A DNA stretch of 63,931 nucleotides, counting the filler, from Deltaproteobacteria bacterium (GTDB taxonomy: Bacteria; CG2-30-53-67): the NCBI GenBank assembly GCA_013151235.1. It is 5 parts of 5 records of this genome, joined end to end, with 100 filler letters (N's around TTAATTAATTAA, not from the genome) between each part and the next. Parts side by side here need not be neighbours in the genome. Positions count along the whole stretch, not along the records: positions 18,426 to 49,761 come from JAADIO010000038.1; positions 49,862 to 60,618 come from JAADIO010000032.1; 3 more parts are not named here. One strand, given 5' to 3'. Position numbers and translations under genes: made by a program. The notes under the pieces were generated by a model. It made no database searches. It was not told the DNA's origin and saw only the letters and a program-made list of their open reading frames with translations. This document shows positions 47,726 through 58,100 of this stretch, one piece after another; positions within the stretch are counted from its first letter, which is position 1; each line of letters opens with the position of its first letter.

Positions 47726-48445
47726 TTACGCACTCCCCTCGCGGAAACAATCGGGAAAATCGGTGAAGATCCCGTCCGCTCCGAGGGATCGAAGACGCTC
47801 CATTTCATCCGTCCGGTTCACGGTAAAGACAAAAACCTTGAGCCCCTGACGATGGGCCCTCGCAACCAGATCCGCATCCACAAAATTCCGGTGCAGGTGG
47901 AGCGAGACCGCACCGACGATCGAGGCGGAGCCGATCGGATCCCGTACCGGGCCGCGGAAGAGAAGCCCGACGGCCACCGACGGCGCAAGAATATGGAATC
48001 GTTGTAACGCCGCATGATCCATGGAGGAGACAAGCAGATGATTCCGAAACCAGGGAAGATTGCCGGGATCTTCTTTCAGGAAATCCGCCAGGGGCGCCGC
48101 CGTCTCCGATCCCTTCAACTCCACGTTTATCCCGGCCTTTCCTTCAACACAGTCAAAAACCTCACGAAGAAGGGGGATCCTCTCCCCCTTTCCGGCATCA
48201 AGGGAACGAAGATCGGACAGGGAACGCTCCATGACCCGGCCCGTACCATTCGTCGTCCGCTCCAACCGGTCGTCATGGATAACAATGAGTTCCCCTTCCA
48301 CGACATGGACATCAACTTCAACCCACCGGGCGCCGAAGTCAAGCGCCTTGGTGATCGCCCGAAGCGTATTCTCCGGTTCACGGCCCCCGGCCCCGCGGTG
48401 CGCAAAGATTACAAATTCGTCTTTCCCGAAGATCCCTTCTTCCAT
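47726..48445 (-). CDS. Glycerophosphodiester phosphodiesterase (GlpQ/UgpQ family)
   Basis: FAHRGA...PENT, EVDV, IHDDRLERTT, NVELK and GIFTDFP; AGGAGG RBS before ATG 48445. Confidence 0.92.
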   Translation of the reverse strand: MEEGIFGKDEFVIFAHRGAGGREPENTLRAITKALDFGARWVEVDVHVVEGELIVIHDDRLERTTNGTGRVMERSLSDLRSLDAGKGERIPLLREVFDCVEGKAGINVELKGSETAAPLADFLKEDPGNLPWFRNHLLVSSMDHAALQRFHILAPSVAVGLLFRGPVRDPIGSASIVGAVSLHLHRNFVDADLVARAHRQGLKVFVFTVNRTDEMERLRSLGADGIFTDFPDCFREGSA

Positions 48446-48859
48446 GGCCGTTCCTCCTGATTCCGACGACAAGGTACTCCATGGAGAAGGAGGGGTCAAG
48501 ACGAAAGGCTGGAACGCACTGTACCAGGCACAGAGGAACAAAGGGGCAAAGAGAAAAAAATTAAAAAAAATTCGCGACTTTTGCTCTATTTATGTTACTA
48601 ATAGGACATACTCGAAAGGCGAAGCCAATATTGTCCGGAAGGAGGTGACACGGTTCACGAAATTCCGCCGGAGGGACGTTGGGGCGCTGACCCTGACGGG
48701 GATACCCCGCGGTAACGGTTTCGCCCATTTTTCCTGCCTGCTTGATACTCCTCGCATCTAAGTGCATGACATCTACCCACGCTGAAAAAGAGGAATGAAT
48801 TCCACCGGTAACCGGAGGCCTGCGGTTTGGGCAGCGCCTCACTTACAAGGAGGAGTGTA

Positions 48860-49489
48860 ATGATGTTCATTCTGAAAAGAGTATGGTTGTGTCTGCTTTG
48901 TACCTTTTTTCTTCTGCAGCCCCTCGCTGCATCGGCTTCACTGATCATCAATGAGATCATGTACAATCCGGCCCGGGTGAGCGACTCGAACGGGGAATGG
49001 TTCGAGGTCTACAATTCCGGCGCCGCGGCAATCGATCTGGACGGCTATACTGTAACCGCCGGATCGTACAGTCTCTCGATCGGATCCCCGCTGATGATCC
49101 CAACGGACGGGTTTGTAGTCTTCGGCAGAAAAACCGATTCATCGATCAACGGCGGGGTCACCGTCGATGAACAGTTTTATTTTACTTTAAGCAACACAGC
49201 CTCCGAGACCCTGACCCTGACCGCTCCGGACAGTACGGTCATCGACAGCGTCACCTACGGAAGCAGCCTCGGCTTTCCGGTGACCAACGGGGCGTCCATC
49301 TGTTACACCGGAGTGGGAGATGACAACGACGGGACCAACTGGGTGAGCGCCGAAACGATCGGGATGACCTATGGAGACGGTGATTACGGAACGCCGGGTG
49401 CACCCAACACGGCTACCGTGCCGGAACCGGCCTCAATGCTTCTGATCGGAACGGGACTTTGTGGTTTGCCGATACGAAGAAAGAGATAA
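48860..49489 (+). CDS. Lamin-tail-domain surface protein with PEP-CTERM sorting signal
   Basis: Signal peptide, LIINEIMYNP...GEWFEVYN...GTPGAPN (LTD), and C-terminal VPEPASMLLIGTGLCGLPIRRKR. Confidence 0.9.
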   Translation: MMFILKRVWLCLLCTFFLLQPLAASASLIINEIMYNPARVSDSNGEWFEVYNSGAAAIDLDGYTVTAGSYSLSIGSPLMIPTDGFVVFGRKTDSSINGGVTVDEQFYFTLSNTASETLTLTAPDSTVIDSVTYGSSLGFPVTNGASICYTGVGDDNDGTNWVSAETIGMTYGDGDYGTPGAPNTATVPEPASMLLIGTGLCGLPIRRKR

Positions 49490-49511
49490 AAGGAAAAGGA
49501 TGCCATGGGAA

Positions 49512-49540
49512 CTCAGAAGGGGTTACGACCCCTTTTTGAG
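49512..49540. terminator. Hairpin/bidirectional terminator between convergent genes
   Basis: CTCAGAAGGGGT-tacg-ACCCCTTTTTGAG. Confidence 0.55.
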
Positions 49541-49761
49541 CTCCCGTACCAGCCGGTTGATTGCTTCTTTTCCCTCCCGGTTCAGCCCCCGGAATTCAAT
49601 TCCCATCCCCGCTTTTTCTGCCCGGTTGTCCTCCGCCTCAGCGGCGCCGTCGGCGGCCGGGAGATCCTTCACCCAGACAACCTCTCCCGTGCTATTCAGC
49701 GGAGCATCCCGGTTCGGCAGGTAAAACTTGAGCTGTACCGTTGTACCGACCGGCAAGGGAT
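49523..49761 (-). CDS. PilZ-domain protein, C-terminal part (5'-truncated)
   Basis: PLPVGTTVQLKFYLP...GEVVWV...GMGIEF is the second half of a PilZ barrel. Confidence 0.8.
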
Positions 49762-49861
49762 NNNNNNNNNNNNNNNNNNNNNNNNNNNNNNNNNNNNNNN
49801 NNNNNTTAATTAATTAANNNNNNNNNNNNNNNNNNNNNNNNNNNNNNNNNNNNNNNNNNNN
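49762..49861. other. Artificial contig spacer
   Basis: N44-TTAATTAATTAA-N44. Confidence 0.99.
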
Positions 49862-52226
49862 GGTCTTCGATGCCGCCCTTGCGGAGGCGGGGCGGCTGCA
49901 GGACGAGTATGTGAGTACCGAACACCTCCTGATTGCCTTGGCCGAAAAGGGAGGACCTGTTTCCGATCTTCTCGGGCAATACCATATTACCCGTGACCGG
50001 ATTCTGGCTGTCCTCAAGGAGATCCGGGGGACACATCGGGTGACCGATCCGAATCCCGAGGAGAAGTACCAGGCACTGAAACGGTATACCCGTGATCTTA
50101 CCGAGGAAGCCCGTAAAGGGAAGCTCGATCCGATTATCGGCCGGGATGAAGAGATCCGCCGGGTGATTCAGGTCCTCTCGCGCAGGACCAAGAACAATCC
50201 CGTTCTCATTGGCGAGCCCGGCGTCGGCAAGACCGCTCTGGCCGAGGGGCTGGCCCAGCGGGTGGTGGCCGGGGATGTGCCGGAGAGCATCAAGAACAAG
50301 CGGGTCCTGGCTCTCGATCTTGGGGCGCTTGTGGCCGGCTCCAAATATCGCGGAGAATTTGAAGACCGCCTCAAGGCGGTGTTGAAGGAGATTCACGAGA
50401 AGGCAGGGCAAGTCATTCTGTTTATCGATGAACTTCACACCCTGGTCGGGGCCGGCGCCGCCGAAGGGTCGATGGATGCCTCCAACATGCTGAAACCGGC
50501 CCTGGCCCGGGGGGAACTCCGCTGTGTCGGCGCGACCACGCTGGACGAGTATCGAAAGCATATTGAAAAAGATGCCGCCCTTGAACGGCGTTTTCAGCCG
50601 GTCCTTTTAGGCGAACCTTCCGTGGAGGAGACGATCTCGATTCTGCGGGGGCTCAAGGAGCGCTACGAGATTCATCACGGTGTCCGGATTCAGGATGCCG
50701 CCCTTGTCGCGGCCGCGACCCTTTCTCATCGATATATCACCGACCGGTTCCTGCCTGACAAGGCGATCGACCTGATCGATGAGGCGGCCTCAAAACTCAA
50801 GATGGAGATCGACAGTATGCCGGTCGAGCTCGACGAGGTGGAACGCAAGATCCGGCAACTGGAGATAGAGCGTCAGGGACTGAAGCGGGAAAAGGATGCC
50901 GCCTCCCGGGAACGTATCGAAAAGATCAAGCAGGAACTGGAAGGCTTGAAGAAGAATTCGGCGGTATTGAAGGAGCGTTGGACGGCTGAAAAAGGGGCCA
51001 TTTCAACGATCCGTTCCGTCAAGAAGAAGATCGAAGAGGCAAAGGTCGATGCGGAAAAGGCGGAGCGGGAAGGAGACCTGCAGCGGGCATCGGAACTCCG
51101 TTATGGTGTCCTGGTCGAGTTGAACAAGAAACTGGAAGCGGCACAAAAGGAGCTGGATGCGATGCAGGAAGAGGGCGCCATCCTGACGGAGGAGGTGACC
51201 GATGAGGATGTAGCCGAGGTAGTGGCCAAATGGACGGGGATCCCCGTTTCGAAGATGCTCGAAGGAGAACGGGAGAAACTTCTCCGCATCGAGGAGGTTT
51301 TAAAACGTCGTGTTGTCGGACAGGATCCTGCCGTCACGGCTGTGGCCGATGCCGTTCGACGAGCCCGGGCCGGGCTTGCGGACCCGAAGCGTCCCATCGG
51401 TTCCTTTATCTTTCTGGGTCCCACCGGCGTGGGGAAGACTGAGCTGACCCGGACCCTCGCGGAGTTTCTTTTCGACGACGAAGATGCCATGATTCGGATC
51501 GACATGTCCGAGTACATGGAGCGCCATACCGTGGCCCGGCTTGTCGGCGCTCCTCCGGGCTATGTCGGCTACGAGGAGGGGGGGCAGTTGACCGAGGCGG
51601 TCCGGCGCAGGCCCTACGCCGTGGTCCTTTTAGATGAAATCGAAAAGGCCCATCCCGATGTCTTCAATATTCTTCTCCAGATTCTGGAGGATGGTCGCCT
51701 GACCGATTCCCACGGACGGACCGTTGATTTTAAGAATACGGTCATCATCATGACCTCCAACGTGGGGAGCCGGCATATCCGGCAGATCGCCGAGAATGCA
51801 GGGCGTGACGATTACGCAAAGCAGTATGAATCGATGCGCAGCGAGGTCATTCAGGAACTCAAGGGGGTTTTTAAACCGGAATTTCTGAATCGGATCGACG
51901 AGATGATCGTCTTTCATTCCCTGACACGGGAGGACCTGATCCGAATCGTCGATCTTCTTCTCGATCGGCTCAATGTCCGGCTGGGCGATGCCGGGATGTC
52001 GCTGACCGTTTCCGAGGGGTTGAAGGAGAAGATCGCAGAAATCGGTTACGACCCCCTTTACGGCGCCCGGCCCCTCAAGCGGACGATTCAGCAATTGATT
52101 GAAAACCCCCTTTCCCGGGAACTTTTAGGGGGGAATTTCGCCGCAGGCGATATCATTATCGCAGACTGGTCGGGGGATCAGGTCGTCTTTCGCAAGGCTT
52201 CCATGACGGAGACGGTGAAACCCTGA
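49862..52226 (+). CDS. clpB: ATP-dependent disaggregase ClpB (5'-truncated)
   Basis: [22 protein letters not shown], long M-domain, [22 protein letters not shown] and YGARPLKR. The frame is open from the contig start. Confidence 0.97.
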
Positions 52227-52262
52227 ATTTATTGTAATGATTTCCGAAAGGAGGTGTAGACC

Positions 52263-52502
52263 ATGAGGTTCTCAACATCTTTTCGTAACGCCCGCCCCGG
52301 CGGTTTTGCAACTTTTTTCATCTTCCAGGGCAGTCTCCTGATCCTGTTAGGGCTTCTGATCGTCCTCTTTCCGGCCCTTCTCCGGGTTATGGTGGCCACC
52401 TTCTTCATCCTTATCGGCCTCATGGTCTTGGGTTTCGGGCTTTCCATCCGGAGTGTGGAACGGGGCGGCCCGGGGAGCCGGGGCGGTTTCCTGGATCTTT
52501 GA
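52263..52502 (+). CDS. Small two-TM membrane protein downstream of clpB
   Basis: AAAGGAGGTG RBS; hairpin of two hydrophobic helices (GSLLILLGLLIVLFPALL...FFILIGL). Confidence 0.7.
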   Translation: MRFSTSFRNARPGGFATFFIFQGSLLILLGLLIVLFPALLRVMVATFFILIGLMVLGFGLSIRSVERGGPGSRGGFLDL

Positions 52503-52587
52503 TCGGCCGGTTATCATCGGTTTTATCTCACGTTGGCATGACCGTTCTCTGCATGATATCAGGTTCTTGAGCCGTCACATTCTTGAA

Positions 52588-52755
52588 TCAATAAGATCGA
52601 AAAAGGGGTTGGTGCGCCTTCCCCTTTTTTTTTCGGGAGTGATTGCAGCAGGTGATCTTGCGGCAGAGATTGCAACGGTCGGTGCTGCACCACTGGCAGA
52701 AGTTACAGTCGGGGCAGGGGTACTTCTTCTCCGGTCTTTTCTCTCGCGCTTCCAT
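52588..52755 (-). CDS. 55-aa cysteine-rich mini-protein (putative metal-binding)
   Basis: MEAREKRPEKKYPCPDCNFCQWCSTDRCNLCRKITCCNHSRKKK..., 8 Cys in 24 residues; a promoter abuts the ATG. Confidence 0.7.
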   Translation of the reverse strand: MEAREKRPEKKYPCPDCNFCQWCSTDRCNLCRKITCCNHSRKKKGKAHQPLFRSY

Positions 52756-52761
52756 GCTTAC

Positions 52762-52791
52762 AGTATAGCGAAGAGGCGGGGGGTGGCGCAA
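52762..52791 (-). promoter_or_regulatory. Sigma70-type promoter giving a leaderless transcript
   Basis: Minus strand TTGCGC-N18-TATACT-gtaagc-ATG; no Shine-Dalgarno. Confidence 0.6.
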
Positions 52792-52851
52792 TCGAAGGGG
52801 AGAACTTTGTGCGAAGCAATATTGATGGTCTCGTAAGAAGTCCCCAAGACC

Positions 52852-53095
52852 CTTCGATGTTTCGGCACACTCCAAGAAGATCGGCCCTTCCCTGACCTTT
52901 GAGCGATTATGGAAAGAACGGGGGATTGCCAAGGTTATTCAGGACCTACGGAGGGATCGGAAATCCGGATCCGATGTGGAACGGGTGGTCTATCTGACCG
53001 TACTGCATCGGTTTTTTATCTCCGGATGCAGTTGCCCTGAATTACAAGGAACTCTGGCAGGTCGAGCATGCTTTTCGGACATGAAATCTCTTCTT
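52852..53095 (+). pseudogene. IS1634-family transposase remnant (internally deleted, frameshifted)
   Basis: KKIGPSLTFERLWKERGIAKVI...DVERVVYLTVLHRFFISG is joined, in another frame, to VALNYKELWQVEHAFR/MKSLL (catalytic-Glu region). A MITE-type end (GATGGTCTCGTAAGAAGTC, 52824-52842) lies just upstream. Confidence 0.75.
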
Positions 53096-53576
53096 GTCAG
53101 GCAGTTCGATCTTCCCCTATAGAAGATCAGCTACAAGTTGGTTCTGGCCGATCTGGCATAGGAGGCGCTTGGAGTAAAAAACAGTCTTTTCCACTCCCTC
53201 ATGAATGTGTACGCAGACTATCTCCTTGGGGAGCTAAAAAACGGCAGCGATCACAAAGAAAGCAGCCTTAAGAAATACTTTTGCCGTTCTTCCGTTCCCG
53301 TACCTTCTTGCCTACCTGTCATAAATTGCCGGGTCTGCAATCCATTAATTGGGTCACGCCCGGGGGGGAAAGTGTTGTACAACAAAGGAATATACGTATC
53401 TTCGGTAGTTGGTATGGAGTTTGCTTAAATTCTTTTTATGGGTGGTTACTATTTCTCTGCTGTGAGGAGGATTAAGAGTCTGACAGGATCACATCAGTGA
53501 TCTAACTGAAAGGAAGGTGATGCAGGACATGCTCAGGGGATATGAAGAAGGTTTGTTTTCGAAAGGAGGATGAGTA

Positions 53577-54356
53577 ATGAATGGAATCCATGGAGTAAGG
53601 GGAGCCGGGTTGTCGTACGCAGTCCCGGATGGAGCAGGAAGCAGGGAGACTTTTTTTAATAGCAAGGATATGGATCAAAATGGTGCCCTAAGCCGGGATG
53701 AGTTGGGTGTGCCGGAGGATGTCTTCCAGTATATGGACCGGAACAAGGACGGGGGTGTAGACAAGAAGGAACTGAACTCTTATTTTTCTGTCAGGAGACT
53801 CGATAAGGCCGTCACCGGACTGATCGGGAGAAAGGATGAGAATGACGACAGAGTTCTGAGTGTTGAGGAATTTGGGGTTTCCGATGAGGTCTATCAGGTT
53901 ATAGATAAGGATAAGAACAATGAGGTTGACAGGTCGGAATTGAACCGGTTCCTGCCGGAATATACCCTTGCAAACAGGGCGAAGAGGCTGATTGATGCAA
54001 AGGATTCCAACGGGAATCAGGTGCTTAGCATGGAGGAAATGGGGGTGCCCGGGAAGGTGTTCGAGAATATCGATACCGACGGAGACGGCCAAGCATCCAT
54101 GGACGAGATTGCCCATTGGCACCCCGTTCATAATCTAAATGAAAAATCGATCCATATCATTGCTTCCAGAGATCTTAACGGCGACAACCTCCTGGGTGAG
54201 GACGAGGTTGCAAACCAGGACATACTCCAAAATGTAGATCTCAATTGCGATAAACAGATAAACAGGGTGGAACTGAATCTTTCCCTCTACCGAAGTCTCT
54301 CTTCTGTTTCCTTGCTCAGGGATGGCGGCGTCAGCAGAATGGACATCAAGGTGTAG
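53577..54356 (+). CDS. EF-hand calcium-binding protein (8 EF loops in 4 pairs)
   Basis: DMDQNGALSRDE, DRNKDGGVDKKE, DENDDRVLSVEE, DKDKNNEVDRSE, DSNGNQVLSMEE, DTDGDGQASMDE, DLNGDNLLGEDE and DLNCDKQINRVE; AAAGGAGG RBS. Confidence 0.9.
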   Translation: MNGIHGVRGAGLSYAVPDGAGSRETFFNSKDMDQNGALSRDELGVPEDVFQYMDRNKDGGVDKKELNSYFSVRRLDKAVTGLIGRKDENDDRVLSVEEFGVSDEVYQVIDKDKNNEVDRSELNRFLPEYTLANRAKRLIDAKDSNGNQVLSMEEMGVPGKVFENIDTDGDGQASMDEIAHWHPVHNLNEKSIHIIASRDLNGDNLLGEDEVANQDILQNVDLNCDKQINRVELNLSLYRSLSSVSLLRDGGVSRMDIKV

Positions 54357-54387
54357 GGCGACTGACTTTCCCGTTGCCGGTTTAACC

Positions 54388-54433
54388 GGCATCTAATCCC
54401 CCCTTCGAAAAGCCCAAGGGGGGATTAGATGCC
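54388..54433. repeat. Long perfect hairpin (REP-like or terminator) after the EF-hand gene
   Basis: GGCATCTAATCCCCCCTT-loop-AAGGGGGGATTAGATGCC; no clear U-tract. Confidence 0.65.
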
Positions 54434-54542
54434 ACATCTCCTCCCATTTTCCCGGTTGTTTCCCCCGTTTCTTCCTTTCAAACCATGCAACAGCATCCAA
54501 CCAAAAATATAGTGGGCCAATAGTTGGCCATGCCGTACATCG

Positions 54543-54583
54543 TAGTGGAAAACTTTTTCCACTATTGTGAAAAACTTTTCACA
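54543..54583. promoter_or_regulatory. Tandem palindromic operator/enhancer sites
   Basis: TAGTGGAAAA-CT-TTTTCCACTA (54543-54564) and TGTGAAAA-AC-TTTTCACA (54566-54583); centres are 21 bp apart. Confidence 0.6.
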
Positions 54584-54858
54584 CAAGTGGTAATAGTTTT
54601 CCTGTCTTCATCGGTTCTATTCCGCATAATAATCCAACTATCACTATTTTTGCCGGTGAAAAAGTTCCGGGTTAGGATGGGCTATATCGGATTTACGGTT
54701 CTATCATGAGATCGGTCGGATTATGGAAAAAATTCTTAAGATCCTATGGTATAGGGATCACCTTCTGAAACGGGCTATCCACTCTATACCTTGTTTTTTG
54801 TGCGTTTTCGGGTCATGACATAAGGAAAAAGAGTTTTTCCGTAAAAAGTCTCTAATAT

Positions 54859-54875
54859 TTGGCATCTGAATTGCT
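54859..54875 (+). promoter_or_regulatory. Sigma54 (-24/-12) promoter upstream of the PKS
   Basis: TTGGCATCTGAATTGCT with exact GG-N10-GC spacing. Confidence 0.75.
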
Positions 54876-55103
54876 TGTTTTAACGCAGACAGGGGACCAA
54901 AAGAGGCTTGGCCCGTCTGTTGGGTTTGCTTGACAATGCCGGCAGTAACAGATATTGTTAGCCAAGGATATGTTGGCTATCCGTCAATATGTTAACTGTG
55001 TTAAATTGACGAAACCATTTTGTACGGCAATACATTTTCGGTATTTTGACAGCAATTTGGGCAAATATGACTTAATTGTGTTTTTGTCTGTAAGGGAAAC
55101 TCG

Positions 55104-58100
55104 ATGAAGAAGTTTCAGAAGTTAGTTTATACACCTTCCGGGCTGAGCGATCCAACTCTGGCGATTGCGGCATGCCGGGCTGGAGGTGTAGGAATACTGA
55201 ATATGGAAATTATTACTGATCCGGTATCCCTTCGCAGGGGACTTGGATTGCTGCACCTGAAGTCGGGGGCGCCTTACGGTCTGAAGCTGAAGACGCTGCA
55301 GAGAGATCTCCTGGATGTCGTTGTAGACTATGCGGCAAAAGGATTGCGATGGTTGATTGTGGACTGCCGCTCTGCCTGCGGTGCTGCGGATGCAATCCGA
55401 TCGCTGAGGAAAGAGGGCGTTCGGGTACTGGTTGAGGTTCTTTCCCTTGAATGGCCGGAAGACCCTGTGGATGACTTGGTCGACGGACTTGTTCTGAAGG
55501 GAAATGAAGCCGGAGGACGTGTCGGCGAGTACAGCACCTTTATACTGCTCCAGAAATGGCGTCGACAATGTCGTGACGGTGGATTGGAACTGTTCGTTCA
55601 CGGCGGTGTCACGCCGCAGGTGGCGGCTGCCTGTGGCTCGCTTGGTGTTTCCGGAGGGGTCATGGACAGTCAGGTCCTGCTGATGGAAGAGTCTCCATTG
55701 AGGATTGTGCTACGCCCTTTCCTTGAAAGGCTTTCAGGGAGCGAGACCATAGCGGTCGGAGAGTCGGCGGGTGGAGGTTACTTCCGTTACCTCTTGCGGC
55801 GGGATATGCTGGAGTCCGTATCCTTTTCCGAGGAGTGTCGGGGGAAAGGTATAGACTCCCTGGAAGATGCCGCTGCGGAGAAAATAGACTGGCAGGATCC
55901 CTCGAACGGTATCCTGCCTGTAGGGCAGGACGCCTGTTTTGCAGCTCCGTGGGCAGAAAAGTACGGACGTATCTCGGTCCTTTTCAGGGCGATAGACCTG
56001 GCCGTTGGTAAGAATGCCGCCTTGACTCTGCAGAGTTATCCGATGTGTGAGAATTCCCCGCTCTCGATGAATCTTGGAACCAGGCTTCCGGTCGTCCAGG
56101 GTCCAATGGCAAGGGTATCCGACATCCCTGCCTTCGCCATCAAGGTGGCGGATGACGGGGCGTTGCCGGTGATGGCGCTTGCCTTGATGAGGGGGGAACG
56201 CCTGAGCGCTCTTCTTGAAAGGACAGCCGGGGAACTTGGTAATCGTCCATGGGGTGTGGGTCTGTTGGGGTTCGCCCCAGCGGATTTACTCCGTGAACAA
56301 TTCGATCTGGTGAAGAAGCTCCGTCCGGCTGCAGCGGTATTGGCCGGTGGTCGTCCCGACCAAGCCCGCCGACTTGAAGAGGCCGGGATAAGTACGTTTC
56401 TGCATGTGCCTTCTCCCGATCTGATACCACTTTTCATTGAGCAGGGGGTAAGGCGTTTTATTTTGGAAGGTCGGGAATGCGGCGGCCATATCGGTCCGCT
56501 CAGTTCCTTCGTACTCTGGAGCGGTATAACAGACCGTCTTGCCGATGAGATAGAGTTAGGGAAGATATCCGGCGAGGAGGTCTCCGTCCTTTTTGCCGGA
56601 GGCATCCATGATTCCTTCTCATCCGCGATTGCACAGGTTGTCGCTGCCCCCCTGATTGAAAAAGGAGTGCATATCGGTATTCAGATGGGAAGCGGGTACC
56701 TTTTTACAAGAGAGATTGTAGAGATTGGAGCCATTGTTCCGGTTTTTCAGGAGGAAGTTGTAGCATGTTCCAGGACGGTCGTGTTGGAGTCCGGTCCGCA
56801 TCACGAATGCCGCTGCTCTTTTACACCCTTTGCCGGGTCCTTCCTGGAAACAAGAAATCGGTTGATGGCGCAACGGGTCCCGGCGGCAGAGATCCGCAAG
56901 ACCCTGGATGACCTGATCATGGGCAGGTTGTGTTTGGCAGCGAAGGGCTACGCCAGGAGAGCGGACGGGAAGGAGGTTCATGTCCTTGACTTGCAGGAGC
57001 AGCAACGTGAAGGGATGTATATGGTCGGCGAGCTTGCTACTCTCCGTTCGAAGAGGATAGACATCCCGGCCCTGCACCGTGGTGTGACGGTTGACGCTTA
57101 CAAGCTTCTTCATGATAAGGCGGGGGTTTCTCTTCAGGGGTCAGCCGGGAAAGAACCGCCGCCCCGCCCCGCGGATATAGCTGTTATCGGGATGGCCGCG
57201 GTACTCCCCAAGTCCGGGAGCACGAGGGAATACTGGAAAAACATCCTGAACAAGGTGGAAGCAATCTCGGAGATTCCATCTCACAGGTGGGACTGGCACC
57301 TTTATTTTGACGAAGACAGGAACGCGAAAGATAGGATATATTCCAAATGGGGCGGGTTCCTGGAAGAGATGATATTCGATCCCGTTCGTTATGGCATGCC
57401 GCCCAAGTCGATTAAGTCCATCGATCCAATGCAGTTGATGGCGCTGGAGGTTGCGCGCCGGACCTTGGAAGATGCGGGCTACGGCAAAGGGGATCTGGAC
57501 GGCGAACGTGCATCTGTCATCATAGGGGCCAGTGGCGGCACGGGGGATGTGGGGATGCAATACGGCCTCCGAGCCGAACTGCCGCGGTTCCATGGGGATC
57601 TTCCTCCCGCAGTTTCGGAGCGTCTGCCGGAATGGACTGAGGATTCATTTCCCGGGATACTGCCTAATGTCATAGCGGGTCGCATAGCCAATCGTCTGGA
57701 TCTTCGCGGTGTGAATTTTACTACGGATGCGGCGTGCGCTTCATCCATGGCAGCGCTCTACCAGGCGGTGTCTGAACTGGTTGCGCATCGCAGCGACTTC
57801 GTAATCGTCGGAGGAGTGGATACTGCACAGGACCCCTTCAGTTTCATGTGTTTCAGCAAGACTCAGGCACTCTCTCCCTCGGGCAAATGCAGGACGTTCG
57901 ACGTTTCGGCGGACGGTATCGTCATCTCAGAAGGGATTGCCATGGTGGCCCTGAAGCGTCTGGATGAGGCGGAACGGGATGGGGATCGTATATATGCAAT
58001 CATAAAGGGAATAGGGGGAAGCAGTGACGGGAAGGCCAAGGGGCTGACGGCTCCGTTGCCAGCGGGCCAGGTGCTGGCTATGAGGCGTGCGTACGAGCAG

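Noticed and set aside
48655-48850. Possible c-di-GMP/GEMM riboswitch upstream of the PEP-CTERM gene (also looked for upstream of 17686)
   Set aside because: The GGCAAA...GAAA...GACGCAAA...CTAA pattern is not present.
53130-53152. Possible sigma28 promoter (CAAG...GCCGAT) for the EF-hand gene
   Set aside because: The spacing is too short and the site is over 400 nt from the start.
53068-53475. Short ORFs between the IS remnant and the EF-hand gene
   Set aside because: No motifs and no convincing RBS-start pairing; likely non-coding or decayed DNA.
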